Program-made: the position numbers and the translations under genes
Notes under the pieces: model-generated
What the model saw: only the letters and a program-made list of their open reading frames with translations
Database searches by the model: none
What the model was told of the DNA's origin: nothing
Shown here: positions 61,548-64,000 of the stretch, piece by piece
How positions within the stretch are numbered: the first letter of the stretch is position 1
Layout of the letters: every line of letters starts with the position of its first letter
IMG/VR virus record: IMGVR_UViG_3300021400_000244
Location: 1-64,000 of that record
DNA length: 64,000 nt
Origin: a virus
Taxonomy: Duplodnaviria > Caudoviricetes
Strand: one strand, 5' to 3'

Positions 61548-61802
61548 TTACTCCTTAATATAATCACGAAAAGTTTCATAATCACTGTCAACCATACGAA
61601 TATTGACAGAGATCATATCTTCATTTACTTCATTAATCATCCAATCGAGAACTTCACGATCGCAAATATGAACATATTGATCTGCATTTACCTTACGAAG
61701 GGTAATCCAATCATCCATTACAGGATTCCAAATACAGAACTCAAAATGATCGAGCTTATTACGAGTATATCCGATGGTTTTTACAAGGTCATTAACAATC
61801 AT
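61548..61802 (-). CDS. Hypothetical protein, 84 aa
   Basis: Track ORF with AAAGGA RBS. Confidence 0.65.
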   Translation of the reverse strand: MIVNDLVKTIGYTRNKLDHFEFCIWNPVMDDWITLRKVNADQYVHICDREVLDWMINEVNEDMISVNIRMVDSDYETFRDYIKE

Positions 61803-61814
61803 CTTTTTTCCTTT

Positions 61815-62081
61815 CTATTTGCAAACTTCTAAAAATCCATTTCCATATCAAAATTCTTTAGGATAAGGTTTACGTTCAGCCCAACAGCAATAACAATTTG
61901 GCGTTGTTGTTCTTTTATGAAGTTCACATACTATATCTTCTGTATCAATGCGAGGAACATGCAAATATTTACAATCATATCCTCTAATAATATCTTCTGC
62001 TCTTTTGTGTATACAAGTGCCTGGTATATCTTCTCGAATTTGATTGATATACTCTGCATAAACTTTTCTTTTTTGTGCCAC
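61815..62081 (-). CDS. Hypothetical Cys-rich protein (ends at TGA 61848 in code 11, or at TAG 61815 if TGA=Trp)
   Basis: GTG start downstream of a TTGACA-17-TATACT promoter at 62143-62115. Confidence 0.55.
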
Positions 62082-62146
62082 TGTTTTCCCTTCTTTTTCT
62101 TTATCTTTTATATAAGTATATACTATAAAAAATTTTTTGTCAATAA

Positions 62147-62677
62147 CTAGATTCTATCCAAGGCAGTTAAAATATCTGTAATGAACGGTTGCGATTTACT
62201 CATACCAGTATTAATTTCTCGTGTAATATATACTATATCATCAAAAGGTTCTGATACAGAAGGTGATTCTCTATACTTATATAAATATTCAAAAGTTTCA
62301 TCTGGCACCTGTCTATAAGGTAAACGCAGTTGCCGCAAGATTTTTAGATCTTCATATTTTCGTTCAACTCATACACCTATAATTTCTATCTTCTCTTGGA
62401 TATAATGATTAAGATATAAAAAGAAATTATCTCTATCTGCTTTTAAAACAAAAGGTGCAATAAGCATTACTACATTAGATTCTTCAAGAGCTTTTTTAGT
62501 AGTATTATATAAATCTTCTTCAACAATATCTGCATTATATCTTTCATTTGGATATTTTAGCCAACTGTCATATCTATCTATAATAATAGATTTAGGATAT
62601 TTTGTGACTTGTAAATACCTAGCTAACTCTATATTGTTCATGCCAGGAGTACCTAAAAACATAATCAATTTTTTCAA
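62147..62677 (-). CDS. P-loop kinase-like (AAA_33-like) protein with degenerate Walker A, 176 aa (1 TGA=Trp)
   Basis: KLIMFLGTPGMNNI...IIIDRYD...RQVPDE...ESPSVSEPFD; two track fragments joined by TGA. Confidence 0.6.
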
Positions 62678-62728
62678 TTATGACTCCTTTGATTAGATAT
62701 TGTATATGGACATTTTACCTTCTATATA

Positions 62729-62818
62729 ATTATATATAGTAAAATTTTTCTTGTCAAGGAAAAAATTTAGCTATGTTAAAAAATTGTTCTTTACAAGGGC
62801 AATCTTTTATAATATAAT
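62729..62818. promoter_or_regulatory. Divergent sigma70-type promoters
   Basis: Minus strand TTGACA-17-TATAAT at 62757-62729; plus strand TTTACA-17-TATAAT at 62790-62818. Confidence 0.7.
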
Positions 62819-62851
62819 TATATTGAAAATAAATACGTAGAAAGGAATTTT

Positions 62852-63757
62852 ATGGCTTGGGTTAACTATGTTAATGGCAACTATAATGTTCTATTGAATA
62901 CTACTAATGGTACTAAAATTAGATATAATGAATTGGATAACTTTTCACCTTCTCGTCCAGAAAGTATGGATGTAAAAATTTCTAATGATTGTGAGCATAG
63001 TTGTCCTTATTGTCACGAAGCTAGTTATTTTGGTGGACAACTTGCGAATCTTGAAAATGTTAAACAATTTGCTAGCACTCTTCCTCCTTTTGTTGAGATT
63101 GCTTTAGGTGGTGGTAATCTTTTAAAGAATATTGAACATACACAAGCTTGTCTTGAAATTTTTAAAAGATATAATGCTATCGTATCTATTACTATTAATC
63201 AAAAAGATTTTGTAAATGGTATTCAAATTATTGATAATTGGTATAATAATAATTTAATTCATGGAATTGGTGTTTCTCTTACTGATATTTCTGATTCAGA
63301 ATTTTGGAATCAATATTATCATCATAAAACGTGTGTTATTCATACTATTGCAGGACTTTTAACTAGCGGGGAAATAGCAGGTTTAATTGAGCATCATGCA
63401 AGAGTTCTTATTTTAGGGTATAAGACTGTCCGCAAAGGGCAACAATTTTTTTCTCATTTTGGGTCTTATATTAAAAACAATATGACAAAATTGAATGATG
63501 CATTACCTTATCTATTGGATAAATGTGAAACATGTAGTTTTGATAATCTTGCTCTTGATCAATTGAATGTACAAGAGCAAATTCCGCGAGATACTTGGGA
63601 TACTTATTATATGGGAGATGATGGTTCTACAACATTTTATGTTGATCTTGTAACAATGGAATATGCAAAATCAAGCTCTTCACTAGAACGTTATTCAATT
63701 GATAATATTGATTGTTCTGTAATGTTTGATTTTATTAGAAATAAAGGAATGAATTAA
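62852..63757 (+). CDS. Radical SAM protein
   Basis: CEHSCPYC (CxxxCxxC) and EIALGGG. Confidence 0.85.
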   Translation: MAWVNYVNGNYNVLLNTTNGTKIRYNELDNFSPSRPESMDVKISNDCEHSCPYCHEASYFGGQLANLENVKQFASTLPPFVEIALGGGNLLKNIEHTQACLEIFKRYNAIVSITINQKDFVNGIQIIDNWYNNNLIHGIGVSLTDISDSEFWNQYYHHKTCVIHTIAGLLTSGEIAGLIEHHARVLILGYKTVRKGQQFFSHFGSYIKNNMTKLNDALPYLLDKCETCSFDNLALDQLNVQEQIPRDTWDTYYMGDDGSTTFYVDLVTMEYAKSSSSLERYSIDNIDCSVMFDFIRNKGMN

Positions 63758-63918
63758 TGGAATACTATTATGAAGAAGACTATCCAGATTGTTTTGGAGA
63801 AAGTCAATATTATTCACAACAACCTGCTTGTTTAACTTGTGTATGAAAAACAAGTTGTAACGAACAGATTCAAACAGAAGAGAGTGTGACAATTTGGGAG
63901 AGTGAATATGACTATTAA
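63757..63918 (+). CDS. Small Cys-containing protein, 53 aa (1 TGA=Trp)
   Basis: TAATG coupling to the radical SAM gene; CFG...CLTCVWKTSC. Confidence 0.55.
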
Positions 63919-64000
63919 AATTCGTTCTAATGTTTTTGAAACTAACAGTTCTTCGGTTCATACTATTATTTTTCACCCAACAGCAATGGACAATGTAGTA
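63908..64000 (+). CDS. Protein with N-terminal IRxxVFETNSSSxH motif, 3'-truncated
   Basis: MTIKIRSNVFETNSSSVHTII. Confidence 0.65.
   Translation, partial: MTIKIRSNVFETNSSSVHTIIFHPTAMDNVV

Overview
64 kb of a large, AT-rich tailed phage, probably of a Gram-positive host, in which UGA is read as Trp (code-4-like). The supplied standard-code ORF track fragments many genes; joining through TGA gives contiguous, RBS-preceded, TAA/TAG-terminated genes. I did this by hand, checking frames by coordinates and not every codon. The + strand at 1-32365 is a late module: baseplate/tail genes, a 2873-aa chimeric tail/adhesin, an uncharacterised 4-gene cassette, holin and endolysin. The - strand at 32411-62677 carries DNA metabolism: RuvC-like resolvase, dUTPase, NrdDG with a group I intron, Gmk-like kinase, DnaE, RecJ, primase, helicase, two tRNA-Ser, AAA ATPase, SSB, ThyX-like protein, ligase, GyrA/GyrB and several homing endonucleases. 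A radical SAM operon starts on the + strand at 62852. The top observation is that dnaE needs a +1 frameshift at CTT-TGA-C, the same heptamer as the RF2/prfB shift site. That TGA is the only in-frame one in a gene with about 20 TGG Trp codons. It may couple polymerase synthesis to the UGA-decoding state of the cell, but a one-base assembly error must be excluded. TGA-Trp is dense in structural, lysis and nuclease genes and absent from core replication genes. No UGA suppressor tRNA or release-factor gene is visible in this window.
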